A DNA stretch of 64,000 nucleotides from Candidatus Aenigmatarchaeota archaeon (lineage in GTDB: Archaea; Aenigmatarchaeota; Aenigmatarchaeia; GW2011-AR5), in assembly GCA_016193585.1 (NCBI GenBank), contig JACPRW010000001.1:59171-123170 (forward strand), given 5' to 3'. Shown here piece after piece: positions 9,838 through 19,067 of the stretch. The notes under the pieces were generated by a model that was given only the letters and a program-made list of their open reading frames with translations, was not told the origin of the DNA and made no database searches. The position numbers were made by a program, and so were the translations under genes. How positions within the stretch are numbered: the stretch's first letter is position 1; every line of letters begins with the position of its first letter.

Positions 9838-11241
9838 TCAATCTGTATGCTGGTAGTGCCTTCCTTCATCTGAAAGCCTGCCGTCCTCTGCAAGCCTGTT
9901 GAGCACAGCGCCGTAGGGCGTCGGGTATTCTTTCGTCAGGCAGGCAGTGCATAAATCAGGAAGCCCGATCGCTTCCTTAAGGTCATCGATAGTCTGATAC
10001 GTCAGTGAATCAGCATTGATCATTTCCCTGATTGCTTCAACACTCTTTCCATGAGCAGCCAGCTCTTTGTAGGTGGCAAAATCTATGCCATAATAACATG
10101 GCGATATAATCGGCGGGCACGTGATTGCAAGGTGCACCTCCTCGGCGCCGTGATTCCTGAGAAGCTCAATAATCTTTTTTGATGTCGTGCCGCGGACGAT
10201 GCTGTCGTCGACGATGAGCACCTTCCTGCCCTTGAGGAAATAATCGTTGACCAGATATTTCCGGGACGCATACACCTCCCGGGTCTTCTGGTCTTTCATG
10301 ATAAATGTCCTGTCAACATGCCAGTTCCTGATAAGGATGTCCCTGAAGGGCAGGCCGAGCATCTCTGCCATTTTCTGCGCTGCAGGCCGTGATGTTTCAG
10401 GAACACAGGCAACCATGTCGGCTTTGATGCCTTTCCTCATTATCTGCTTCGCAAGCTTTTCACCCAGGCGTATACGGACATCGTACACATTTCTTCCGTC
10501 AACTGTTGACGTTGGGTGCGAGAAATAGACGTACTCGAACATGCAATGATAATTCTTTTCAGTGCGGAGTTTTTTGGAAACCATGCCATCCTTGCCGATG
10601 ATGATGAGTTCTCCGGGCTCCACGTCCCTGATGTATTCAGGGTTCTCAAGCTGGAAGCAGACAGTTTCTGAGGCAGTCATCACGTGCGTGTTTGTTTTTG
10701 CAAGAAAGAGCGGCCTGATGCCTTTGGGATCGCGGAAAACGACAAGCTTGTCATTAAAAATGCAGGTGATAGAATAAGAGCCGTCAAGCATGAGCATCAT
10801 CTGGCTGACGCTTTCTGCCATATCCCCCTTGTTCTTGCTGAGAAGGTCTGCAAGAAGGTGCGCAATGAGCTCTGTGTCGTTGCCGAACTCCTGCATCCCC
10901 AGCCGCTCGGCAATCTGCATCATATTGGCTATATTGCCGTTATGGGTGAGGCAGAGCATGCCATAGGGTGTTTGGGCCGTGTACGGCTGGGAGAATTTTT
11001 CTATGTGCAGCACCGACGCGCCAGCAGTCGGGTAGCGCGTGGCGCCGATGCATACATCAGTTGTTTCATGCTCATCGATCTTGAGATTGTCCACATAGCC
11101 AAAGCATTTCTGTGTTTTAATCCCGTCAGAACTTGCCCATGCAAGGCCGGTGGCATCCTGGCCGCGGTGCGTCAGGAGTTGTAGCGGGGTTACAATATCT
11201 TTAAGGGAAATTCGTCCAAATATGCCGATAACACCGCACAC
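9838..11241 (-). CDS. purF: Amidophosphoribosyltransferase
   Basis: MCGVIGIFG... Ntn glutaminase start plus a PRTase domain (VLIVDDSIVRGTTS). Confidence 0.9.
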   Translation of the reverse strand: MCGVIGIFGRISLKDIVTPLQLLTHRGQDATGLAWASSDGIKTQKCFGYVDNLKIDEHETTDVCIGATRYPTAGASVLHIEKFSQPYTAQTPYGMLCLTHNGNIANMMQIAERLGMQEFGNDTELIAHLLADLLSKNKGDMAESVSQMMLMLDGSYSITCIFNDKLVVFRDPKGIRPLFLAKTNTHVMTASETVCFQLENPEYIRDVEPGELIIIGKDGMVSKKLRTEKNYHCMFEYVYFSHPTSTVDGRNVYDVRIRLGEKLAKQIMRKGIKADMVACVPETSRPAAQKMAEMLGLPFRDILIRNWHVDRTFIMKDQKTREVYASRKYLVNDYFLKGRKVLIVDDSIVRGTTSKKIIELLRNHGAEEVHLAITCPPIISPCYYGIDFATYKELAAHGKSVEAIREMINADSLTYQTIDDLKEAIGLPDLCTACLTKEYPTPYGAVLNRLAEDGRLSDEGRHYQHTD

Positions 11242-11327
11242 TGCGTTCCACCAGACTATTTGAGTGTACTATACCCACTACATTTTTAAAGGCCACAGAA
11301 CGCGAACGACGGACAACACCTCAATGC

Positions 11328-11424
11328 TATAGTTCTACAAGGAAAGATTTTAGATATTATTTCCTTGTGAACTATAGGTGAACCCAGTCATAACATATCC
11401 TGATTATTTACTGGGTTCCCTATA
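11328..11424. repeat. two adjacent palindromic hairpin elements (F6-variant TATAGTTCTACAAGGAAA...TTTCCTTGTGAACTATA, and F1-variant GGTGAACCCAGT-loop-ACTGGGTTCCC)
   Basis: These are inverted repeats with 20-24 nt loops. The loop is the reverse complement of the F1 loop at 14200-14225. Confidence 0.7.
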
Positions 11425-11784
11425 ACGCTTATGGTGAAACCGCTGCCGATAACCATCCCACCATGCTATCTGAGGTCCCGCAGGAAGCTGCTCACGCTGA
11501 GGCGGCGCGTGCCCCTGCACTTCAGCAAGCGCCTCGCGCATGAGGGGCACGGTATGCTTCATGTACGCATCTGCATCCATTTCAGTGCCGCCGCTCCCCC
11601 AGCCATGCGGCGCAAGCCATAACGGCGGTATACGCCCGCCTGCTATAATCTCGTTATAATGCGGGCCAAGTATAGCCTCCTTTTGGTATCTTACCGAGTC
11701 GTACTGCACGCCGTCGCTCGTCCATAATGGAAGCTGAGGCAACCCAGAACGGTAATCGCTCATAGTGATTGTATTCATGAACAT
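11404..11784 (-). CDS. hypothetical protein (3' end and stop lie inside a hairpin element)
   Basis: 126-aa ORF with no recognisable motif. It may be spurious. Confidence 0.3.
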   Translation of the reverse strand: MFMNTITMSDYRSGLPQLPLWTSDGVQYDSVRYQKEAILGPHYNEIIAGGRIPPLWLAPHGWGSGGTEMDADAYMKHTVPLMREALAEVQGHAPPQREQLPAGPQIAWWDGYRQRFHHKRYREPSK

Positions 11785-11959
11785 GAAATCTTAAATTGTT
11801 TACAACAACAGTGCATTTGGAATCTATTTATTCGATGCATCATAATTAAGCGCCTTGACCGCCTTTGGCACCGAAGGCCGTGTACATGAAGACAAAGTTC
11901 TCGGAACCTCACCGTTTCATGCATGCTACCTTTAAAAATCTTTCCGCGTATATCGCGGC

Positions 11960-12663
11960 ATGCCCTACCGTAATAACAATTACCGGGACAACAGGCTCGT
12001 TGACAGGATTGATGCTGCAGTGCTGCGCCTTCATGAAAACATTGCCCGGTACTGGCAGAATACAACCTACCGGAGCAAGGACGTTCTCGCAAAGGGCCTG
12101 AATGCGACGTCTCTCGCATGCTGCACGGTCAATATCGGCTCCATACCGCTCACGAAGAATTACGAGGATCTCATTTTTTCAATACCGCTGGGAGCAGCCC
12201 AGGCGCGCAGGCTTGTCAGCCGCGGTCGGCAGAAAACGACGTTAGAGGCTGATGCCGAAAGAATCAGAAGAGACGTATATGATGAGCTGTACGATACAAA
12301 AATACCAAGGCTTGTCGTATTGACAGGCGGGCTTTACGCATTGGGGGGGGGGGGGGGGGGGGAATTTCATATGTCGTCGACGGTATGATCAACGGCAAGC
12401 CGGATGCCATTGCAATCGGGGCAGGGGATTTCATACCCCTTGGCATCGGGATTCTCTCTGCGATGTCTGCAGGGTATATAGATCGCGTGGATATCGGCGA
12501 TCCGCCAAAACGTCCGGAAAGAAAAAGCATCAGGGAGTGGCTACAAGAGTATGCTAGGAATGCGCTTCCTTCTCTTCCCTGTTTACCAAATCCCTTTCCC
12601 AAGCCGTCTTTCGGGACGAACGCGTCTTTGCTGACCGAGGAACTGTATCGAATGTATAGATAA
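11960..12663 (+). pseudogene. hypothetical gene split by a G20 homopolymer (ORFs 11960-12388 and 12385-12663 join with +1 G)
   Basis: Both halves look protein-like (…RLVVLTGGLYALGGGGGG / …VDGMINGKPDAIAIGAGDFIPLGIG…). The frame change coincides exactly with the poly-G run. Confidence 0.4.
12343..12362. repeat. G20 homopolymer tract
   Basis: 20 consecutive G read directly from the sequence. Confidence 0.95.
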
Positions 12664-12826
12664 CTGCGTAGTTTATGTGACGTATTATTAGCAGTTATCT
12701 ATATGCAAACTGCGTTGTATGGTGAATTGCACTGGTTATGTCCTGATATTATTTGCAATTCACCTATAGAAAATTGCGCGTTAATACGACATAACAGAAA
12801 TTTTTATTTACTGGTTTCACTATAAA
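12655..12826. repeat. cluster of four TATAG-terminated hairpin elements (F2, F3-fragment, F5, F4-partial, F1-half)
   Basis: tatagataactgcgtagtttatgtgacgtattattagcagttatctata, then tgcaaactgcgttgta, then ggtgaattgca...tgcaattcacc, then aaaattgcgcgttaatacgacataa. The element supplies the stop codon (TAA 12661-12663) of the upstream ORF. Confidence 0.8.
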
Positions 12827-12849
12827 AGCTTTGCAGTTCTATCCTAACC

Positions 12850-14121
12850 ATGAAGGCGGTAGCTGTCGTCGGCATGCAGTTCGGTGACGAGGCGAAGGGC
12901 AAGATTGTCGACGTGCTCTCGAACAGTAGGGACGTTGTTGCAGGCATTCGTTTCGCCGGCGGCAACAACGCAGGACACACGGTCGTGTTCGGCGGCAAGG
13001 AATACAAGCTGCATCACATTCCTTCTTCCATCTTCCACGGCAAGCTTTCAGTCATCGGGCATGGCACCGTGGTCAATCCTGGCGTACTGCTCGATGAAAT
13101 CAGGCAGCTCGGTGCGCTTGCTGAAAACCTGCGCATCAGCCCCAATGTCCATGTCATCATGCCGTACCATATACATGAGGATGTGCTGCTCGAAGCAAAA
13201 AAAAGCAGCAAGGTCGGTACGACCGGTAGGGGCATCGGCCCGTGCTATGCCGACAAGGCGAACAGAATCGGCATCAGGATAAGGGAGCTGTTCGACGGGG
13301 AAAGCCTGAACAGGAAGCTTGAATTCCTGATTCCGCTCAAAAACAGCACGCTGCAGCACGCATACGGCTGGGACGGTGCGCTGGACAAGGACGCAATTGC
13401 GATGGAGTATGCAGCATACGGAAAATTCCTGAAAACGTATGCTTTTGATGGCACAGTACCCGAAGGAACCGTCCTGCTTGAAGGGGCACAGGGCGCACTG
13501 CTGGACATTGACATGGGAACGTACCCGTTCGTGACGTCGTCGCACCCGACTATCGGCGGAGCGCTCGCCGGTTCAGGCATGCCGAAAGCAGACGCGGTCG
13601 TGGGCGTCATGAAAGCATACACAACAAGGGTGGGCGAGGGGCCGTTCCCGACCGAGCTGACAAACGAGGTTGGCGCGAAGCTGCGGCAGGAAGGCAGGGA
13701 ATTCGGCACGACTACCGGCAGGCCGCGGCGAGTAGGATGGCTTGACATACCCATGCTGAAGTACGCGGCCCGCGTCAACGGCGTTACAGCACTTGCACTC
13801 ACCAAGCTCGATGTTCTGGCAGGCATGCCTGAAATCAAAATCGCCGTTGTCTACGATCGTGCCGGCATACAAATTAATGCACTATCCCATGCGACTGACG
13901 TGGCAGATGCAACGCCGGTTTATGAAATAGTGAAGGGATGGAAAGCGCTGTCTCAGGAACAGTGGAATGCACTTGCCCAGGAAGGCTTTGCAGCGCTCCC
14001 TGAAGAAGCGCAGGAATATGTCAGGCTTATCGAGCGCAGCCTTGCCGTGCCTGTTGCGATTGTTTCAGTTGGTGCAGACAGGAATGCAACGATATTACGG
14101 AAGCCTCTTCACGAATTATAG
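12850..14121 (+). CDS. purA: Adenylosuccinate synthetase
   Basis: MKAVAVVGMQFGDEAKGKIVD...GTTGRGIGP...GTTTGRPRR. The stop TAG (14119-14121) lies inside the TATAG terminus of the downstream element. Confidence 0.9.
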   Translation: MKAVAVVGMQFGDEAKGKIVDVLSNSRDVVAGIRFAGGNNAGHTVVFGGKEYKLHHIPSSIFHGKLSVIGHGTVVNPGVLLDEIRQLGALAENLRISPNVHVIMPYHIHEDVLLEAKKSSKVGTTGRGIGPCYADKANRIGIRIRELFDGESLNRKLEFLIPLKNSTLQHAYGWDGALDKDAIAMEYAAYGKFLKTYAFDGTVPEGTVLLEGAQGALLDIDMGTYPFVTSSHPTIGGALAGSGMPKADAVVGVMKAYTTRVGEGPFPTELTNEVGAKLRQEGREFGTTTGRPRRVGWLDIPMLKYAARVNGVTALALTKLDVLAGMPEIKIAVVYDRAGIQINALSHATDVADATPVYEIVKGWKALSQEQWNALAQEGFAALPEEAQEYVRLIERSLAVPVAIVSVGADRNATILRKPLHEL

Positions 14122-14360
14122 ATAATTGCGCAGCTTATGTCGTATTAACGCGCAATTTTCTATAGGTGAATTGCAAATAATATCAGGACATATAGTGAAC
14201 CAAGTAAATAATCAGGTATTATATCTTGGTTCACTTACACCCAAAAAGCAAAGCTTTTTGGTGCACCGGAAAACTTTGTTTTCCGCGTGTAGCGGACAAC
14301 AAAAGTATTATGTCGGTATTCTTTTGTTGGTCCACTATAACCAGTGCAATTCACCATATA
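14117..14360. repeat. hairpin-element cluster: F4, then F5 split by a nested 150-bp element
   Basis: F5 appears intact at 41585-41632 and 55822-55870. Here it is interrupted after ...caggaca by an insert with TIRs TATAGTGAACCAAG / CTTGGTCCACTATA. Confidence 0.8.
14191..14340. mobile_element. about 150-bp MITE-like element nested in an F5 hairpin (TIR TATAGTGRACCAA, TA/ATA target duplication, three internal hairpins)
   Basis: A second copy lies at 57646-57793 in opposite orientation (roughly 95% identity by eye). The F5 halves on either side reconstitute the intact element. Confidence 0.7.
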
Positions 14361-14397
14361 ATCGTACCTTTAAAAACCTGACCCATCTATAACGTAT

Positions 14398-15405
14398 ATG
14401 GCAGCAAAGGATTACAAAATCGCCACACTGGGAAGCCACACGGCGCTGCAGATTCTCAAGGGCGCCAGGGACGAGGGCTTCGAAACGATCGCCGTATGCA
14501 CCCCCCAAATGGCACCGGTATACAAAAATTTCCGCGCTGCGGACAAATTTATCGAGATTTCCTCGGTGAAGGACTTCTTCTCCGTCGAGGAGCAGCTCAT
14601 CAGGGAGAACGCCATCCTTATTCCACATGCCTCGCTCATCACGTACCTTAATCTTGACGCCATAGAACGCATGCGCGTCATGTACTACGGGAACAAAAAA
14701 ATATTGCGGTGGGAGTCGGACCGGCTGCTCGAGCGGAAGCTGCTGCAGAACGCGGGGCTGAAGCTGCCGCGCATCTTCGACTCGCCTGCCGGCATCGACC
14801 GGCCGGTCATCGTCAAGTTCTACGGCGCCAAGGGCGGCAAAGGCTATTTCGTCGTGAAGAATGAAAAGGAATTCGAGGAGAAAATGAAGCAGGAAACAAC
14901 CGGCGAGCAGTATATCATACAGGAGTACATCGTCGGCGTGCCGCTCTATGCCCATTACTTCTACTCGCGGATGAGCAGCGAACTGGAAATCATGGGCTTC
15001 GACAAGCGCTACGAATCGAACGTCGACTCCATCGGCAGGATAGCAGCGAAGGACCAGATGAACCTTAACCTTGAAACGTCGTACAACATCGTGGGCAACA
15101 TTCCGGTGGTGGTCAGGGAGTCGCTGCTGCCGCAGATTTTCTCCATGGGAACTGAGACCGTGAAAGCAGCGGAGGACGCCGGCGGCCTGTTCGGCCCTTT
15201 CTGCCTCGAGATGATCATCACGCCGCAGCTCGATTTCTACGTGTTCGAGCTTTCTGCGCGCATCGTCGCCGGCACCAATCCCTATATCGCCCATTCTCCG
15301 TACACCTACGTGCGCTACAACGAGCCGATGAGCACCGGCAGGCGCATCGCACGGGAAATCAGGGAAGCGATAGCAGCAGACAGGCTGGACGAGATTCTTG
15401 GGTAG
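14398..15405 (+). CDS. purP: 5-formaminoimidazole-4-carboxamide ribonucleotide synthetase (PurP family, ATP-grasp)
   Basis: MAAKDYKIATLGSHTALQILKGARDEGFETIAVC... is the archaeal PurP signature. Confidence 0.8.
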   Translation: MAAKDYKIATLGSHTALQILKGARDEGFETIAVCTPQMAPVYKNFRAADKFIEISSVKDFFSVEEQLIRENAILIPHASLITYLNLDAIERMRVMYYGNKKILRWESDRLLERKLLQNAGLKLPRIFDSPAGIDRPVIVKFYGAKGGKGYFVVKNEKEFEEKMKQETTGEQYIIQEYIVGVPLYAHYFYSRMSSELEIMGFDKRYESNVDSIGRIAAKDQMNLNLETSYNIVGNIPVVVRESLLPQIFSMGTETVKAAEDAGGLFGPFCLEMIITPQLDFYVFELSARIVAGTNPYIAHSPYTYVRYNEPMSTGRRIAREIREAIAADRLDEILG

Positions 15406-15409
15406 TGCT

Positions 15410-16510
15410 ATGATGAACAAAGCCGCTGGGGACGCCATCGTCAGCAAGTACAGCAGGAAGGCAATAACCATTGCAACGATCGGTTCCCACTCGGCGCTCG
15501 ACGTGTGCCGCGGCGCAAAAGATGAAGGGTTGCAGACCGTTGTCGTCTGCCAGAAAGGCAGGGAACAAACATACACGAAGCACTATAAGGTCGTAGTCGA
15601 CCACCCGCTGCTTGTCGACAAGTTCAGCGATGTCGCCAGCCCAACTGTGGTGGCGCAGCTGCAAAAGCTGAACGCGGTTTTTATCCCGAACCGCTCATTC
15701 GAAGTGTACGTGGGCGACTACAGCAGGATCGAAGCGATGGAAATCCCCTTCTTCGGCTCGCGCAGGCTCCTGCGTTTCGAGGAGCGGAACGAAAGCCCGA
15801 ACCAGTACACGCTCATGGAAAAGGCGGGCATCAGATTCCCGAAGCGTTTCGCATCGTCTGATGTTATAGATCGCCTCGTTATCGTCAAAGCAGCAGAGAG
15901 CGAGCGGAATTTCCAGCGCGAGTTCTTCTTTGCTTCATCGCCTGTAGATTTTGAGCGGAAAGCAAGGCAACTTATCGATAGGGGACTTGTTCATGGCAAG
16001 CAGCTCGACAGCGCTGTTATTGAAGAATTTGTTATCGGCGCACACATCAATTTTAATTTCTTCTACTCACCGCTCAGGAGGCGGCTGGAACTCATGGGCA
16101 CTGATTTCAGGCGGCAGACCAACCTTGATGGCTTGCTCAGGATTCCGGCGAAAGAACAGTCAGAATTTACCGTCAATCCAAGCCTCAAAGAAGCAGGCCA
16201 TGTCGCCGCGACCGTGCTCGAGAGCATGCTCGAGAAGGCATTCGGGCTGGGCGAAGCGTTTGTCGATGCGTGCCAACCCTATGGCGGCATCGTCGGCCCG
16301 TTTGCACTGCAGTCAATCATTACGCCCGGCCCGCCGAAAGAAGACATCGTCGTCTATGACGTCAGCCTGCGTATCCCCGGCTCGCCGGGCACGATGTTCA
16401 CACCCTATTCCTACTATCTACACGGCAAGCCGCTGAGCGTCGGCCGACGCATCGCCATGGAAGTGCGGGAAGCCGCGGAAACCGGGCAGCTGGAGAAGGT
16501 GGTGACGTAG
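15410..16510 (+). CDS. purP: PurP-family ATP-grasp paralogue
   Basis: KAITIATIGSHSALDVCRGAKDEGLQTVVVC... is the same family. The start is ATG 15410, or the track's GTG at 15398. Confidence 0.75.
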   Translation: MMNKAAGDAIVSKYSRKAITIATIGSHSALDVCRGAKDEGLQTVVVCQKGREQTYTKHYKVVVDHPLLVDKFSDVASPTVVAQLQKLNAVFIPNRSFEVYVGDYSRIEAMEIPFFGSRRLLRFEERNESPNQYTLMEKAGIRFPKRFASSDVIDRLVIVKAAESERNFQREFFFASSPVDFERKARQLIDRGLVHGKQLDSAVIEEFVIGAHINFNFFYSPLRRRLELMGTDFRRQTNLDGLLRIPAKEQSEFTVNPSLKEAGHVAATVLESMLEKAFGLGEAFVDACQPYGGIVGPFALQSIITPGPPKEDIVVYDVSLRIPGSPGTMFTPYSYYLHGKPLSVGRRIAMEVREAAETGQLEKVVT

Positions 16511-16618
16511 GGATTCTTTGATACATCCCTAGTAGACATAACATCTCGCAGCAGCACACAAGACGAACAAAAGTAGGCATAAGCGCTAGTTAGGCGAAAT
16601 TTATGGAGGAAGTAGAAA

Positions 16619-17353
16619 ATGGATATAAATCCTGAGAAATTCCATAGATCTATAAGTAAAGAGTTGAAGGTAATTCAGGATCGAGTTAGGAATCTTATGG
16701 GTAGTGCACATTGGGGAGAAGAAGGGAGGTATAAGGAAGCCGTATTAAGGAGCATTATAAGAAGATTCTTGCCCAAAAATGTAAGTATAGGCACAGGATT
16801 TATTTTAAAAAAAGAGGGCGACGAGATTAAAATATCAAATCAAATAGATATTATCATCTATGACAATACGTATCCAGTGCTGTTTGCAGAAGGCGATTTT
16901 TTAATAACTACACCAGCAAATGTAAAAGGAATAATAGAGGTCAAGACCAAGTTAAATTCTTCAGATGTAATGGATGTGGTTTCTAAAGCTACAAATAATG
17001 GGAAAGTAGTTGATAATGAGATATTTAGTGGAGTATTTGTTTATAACGAAGGAAATATAGTTAACAACAGCAACATAAGTGATAACCTTAAAAGTGCTTT
17101 AAAAGAGAGTAAAGGCGTTGTGAATCATATTTGTTTAGGGGAAGACATTTTCATTAAATTTTGGCCAAGGAATCCACAAAGTAACTTCCCGAATAAATAC
17201 AGTATCTACAGAATAAAAGACCTCTCCTTTTCTTATTTTATTTCTAACCTTGCTGAACAAACATCTGAGAGTAAGCTAAAAGAAAGATGGTGGTTTTTAT
17301 ATCCCATCGAAAAAGGCAAGGAGGAATATAAAATTGAGGATATTGATGTTTAA
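16619..17353 (+). CDS. PD-(D/E)xK nuclease-fold protein, possible defense/abortive-infection component
   Basis: 244 aa with SNQIDIIIYD ... GIIEVKTKL (D...ExK). The N-terminal region is helical. The gene is AT-rich with a GGAGG SD. Confidence 0.5.
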   Translation: MDINPEKFHRSISKELKVIQDRVRNLMGSAHWGEEGRYKEAVLRSIIRRFLPKNVSIGTGFILKKEGDEIKISNQIDIIIYDNTYPVLFAEGDFLITTPANVKGIIEVKTKLNSSDVMDVVSKATNNGKVVDNEIFSGVFVYNEGNIVNNSNISDNLKSALKESKGVVNHICLGEDIFIKFWPRNPQSNFPNKYSIYRIKDLSFSYFISNLAEQTSESKLKERWWFLYPIEKGKEEYKIEDIDV

Positions 17354-17559
17354 ACTTCGCCTAACATAGCATAAAAGGTTCGTGCCTCACAGCGCTCACC
17401 CAAATTTTTGCTTCGCAAAAACTTCTTTTATGCTGGAAACGTTCAACGAAATTCCGAACATTATTTCAGGCCGCCGACACGATAGCTCTTCGCTTCCAAG
17501 CCTCTGGAACGACAAGGCGAATTTATAAGGATTATCGGAAGAATTATTTATGTGATGTT

Positions 17560-18333
17560 GTGACAAGGAAGAAGGTATCCAAGAAAGATGTACATAAATT
17601 AAAAAAAGAGCCAAAATTTTCTCAAGAGATAAAAACTTCAGTAGTAATGCCTTTCAAATGTAAATTTTGTGGCAATCTTTTTGATATTGAGCACAGACTT
17701 CCAGAAAACCATACTTGTGAAGGTCTTTCTCAATGGAAAGAAAAACATTTGAAAGAATTTCATGAAGGTAAAAGTTCTATCGCATATGAAAACACGCTGG
17801 AACCAAAACATGAAGATTCAGGCTATAAAGATTCTATGAGAAACGCCCTTCGATGTGACTCAAAACAATTTTTCAAAGGAATACCAGAAAAATTCAATAA
17901 ACAGGCAATAAGATTGAATATTCATCGACTAATTCAAAAAAATATGAATGATATCGGCATATGGCTCATAGGCTTATTTATTATCTTTACAGCTTTCAAT
18001 CAGATACTAAAATACTCTATACTTGAAAGTATTTCATGGATTTTTGTTTACGTTGCAGAAATTATTTTTATATATAAGTTGATTAAGCGTGTTGACAAAA
18101 TAGAAGTAAATTCAGATTTGAGTATTTGGGGTTTAAAAATATTATCATTCATCTTTATCCTTATTGGAGTGTATATATTCTTATTCGGGTCTTTGGCATT
18201 AGCCACCGTCTATAGCCTTTATGTTCTCGGGCTTCTTGGTATAATAGCGCTAGGATTCTTTTCAATTGGCGCTTTTCTGATTTTCAAATTCAAACGAAGA
18301 AGTGGGAGCATTGTATGGGTCGGAAGAGCGTAG
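17560..18333 (+). CDS. Zn-finger (AN1-like CxxC...HxxxxxHxC) protein with two C-terminal TM helices
   Basis: [20 protein letters not shown] motif and a K-rich N-terminus, followed by two long hydrophobic helices. The start is uncertain (alternative Met at 17647). Confidence 0.45.
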   Translation: MTRKKVSKKDVHKLKKEPKFSQEIKTSVVMPFKCKFCGNLFDIEHRLPENHTCEGLSQWKEKHLKEFHEGKSSIAYENTLEPKHEDSGYKDSMRNALRCDSKQFFKGIPEKFNKQAIRLNIHRLIQKNMNDIGIWLIGLFIIFTAFNQILKYSILESISWIFVYVAEIIFIYKLIKRVDKIEVNSDLSIWGLKILSFIFILIGVYIFLFGSLALATVYSLYVLGLLGIIALGFFSIGAFLIFKFKRRSGSIVWVGRA

Positions 18334-18426
18334 AAGAAATTATTGTAATGAGAAAGTCGTTATAAAACTTATTTTGGCTAGCCTTAAATACTTATATAAA
18401 ATCATATATACATAAACTTATATAGA

Positions 18427-18699
18427 GTGGTAACCATGCAAAAAAGAGAAATTATACACTATCCTAACCTTAGCACAATGCTTGAAGTAGAGAAGGTCCT
18501 GAAAGAAGCAGACGGACCTATATCCAAGGAAGAACTGAAAAGGAGGCTTCCGACAAAGATTATGCACCAGACACTTAACCTTATTTTGGCATACATGGAA
18601 AACAGGGGGCTGATTTTATCAGGCCCGAAAGGCATACTCTGGACATACAATCCCAGCCCGAAACTGCAGAAAGCCATAGAAAAAGGCATTGAGATATGA
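18427..18699 (+). CDS. small winged-helix-like protein (putative antitoxin/regulator)
   Basis: 90 aa. Its stop overlaps the next gene's start (ATGA). Confidence 0.4.
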   Translation: MVTMQKREIIHYPNLSTMLEVEKVLKEADGPISKEELKRRLPTKIMHQTLNLILAYMENRGLILSGPKGILWTYNPSPKLQKAIEKGIEI

Positions 18700-19067
18700 G
18701 TAGAAATATCAACGTCATACTTAGCGAAGAAGCTACCAAGCAATATGAAGAACTGAACAGGATTGTTGGTGATGAAATAAAGAAAGGCATAACGAATTCT
18801 ATTCATCAGCAACTACTCAAATCCATAAAACAGAAATCTGAGCTTCTGAAAATCAATCCTCAGGCTGGAATACACATATCGAAAAAGCTTATACCGAAAA
18901 TCTATATAGACAAATACGATGTCGATAATCTGTGGAAAATAGATTTGTCTGGTTACTGGAGAATGACGTATACGTTGCGGACGACAGAAATAGAAATAAC
19001 GAACTTCGTTCTAGATATAGTAGATCACGTAACGTACGACAAAATACTTGGATACAAGAAAAAATAA
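18696..19067 (+). CDS. RelE/ParE-like toxin
   Basis: N-terminal ...SEEATKQYEEL...IKKGI...LKINP and C-terminal GYWRMTYTL...ITNFVLDIVDHVTY, matching the RelE/ParE fold pattern. Confidence 0.5.
   Translation: MSRNINVILSEEATKQYEELNRIVGDEIKKGITNSIHQQLLKSIKQKSELLKINPQAGIHISKKLIPKIYIDKYDVDNLWKIDLSGYWRMTYTLRTTEIEITNFVLDIVDHVTYDKILGYKKK

Noticed and set aside
13048-15576. Antisense ORFs over purA and purP (13048-13545 -, 13245-13838 -, 14335-15576 -)
   Set aside because: They overlap strongly supported genes on the opposite strand, with no motifs and biased composition.
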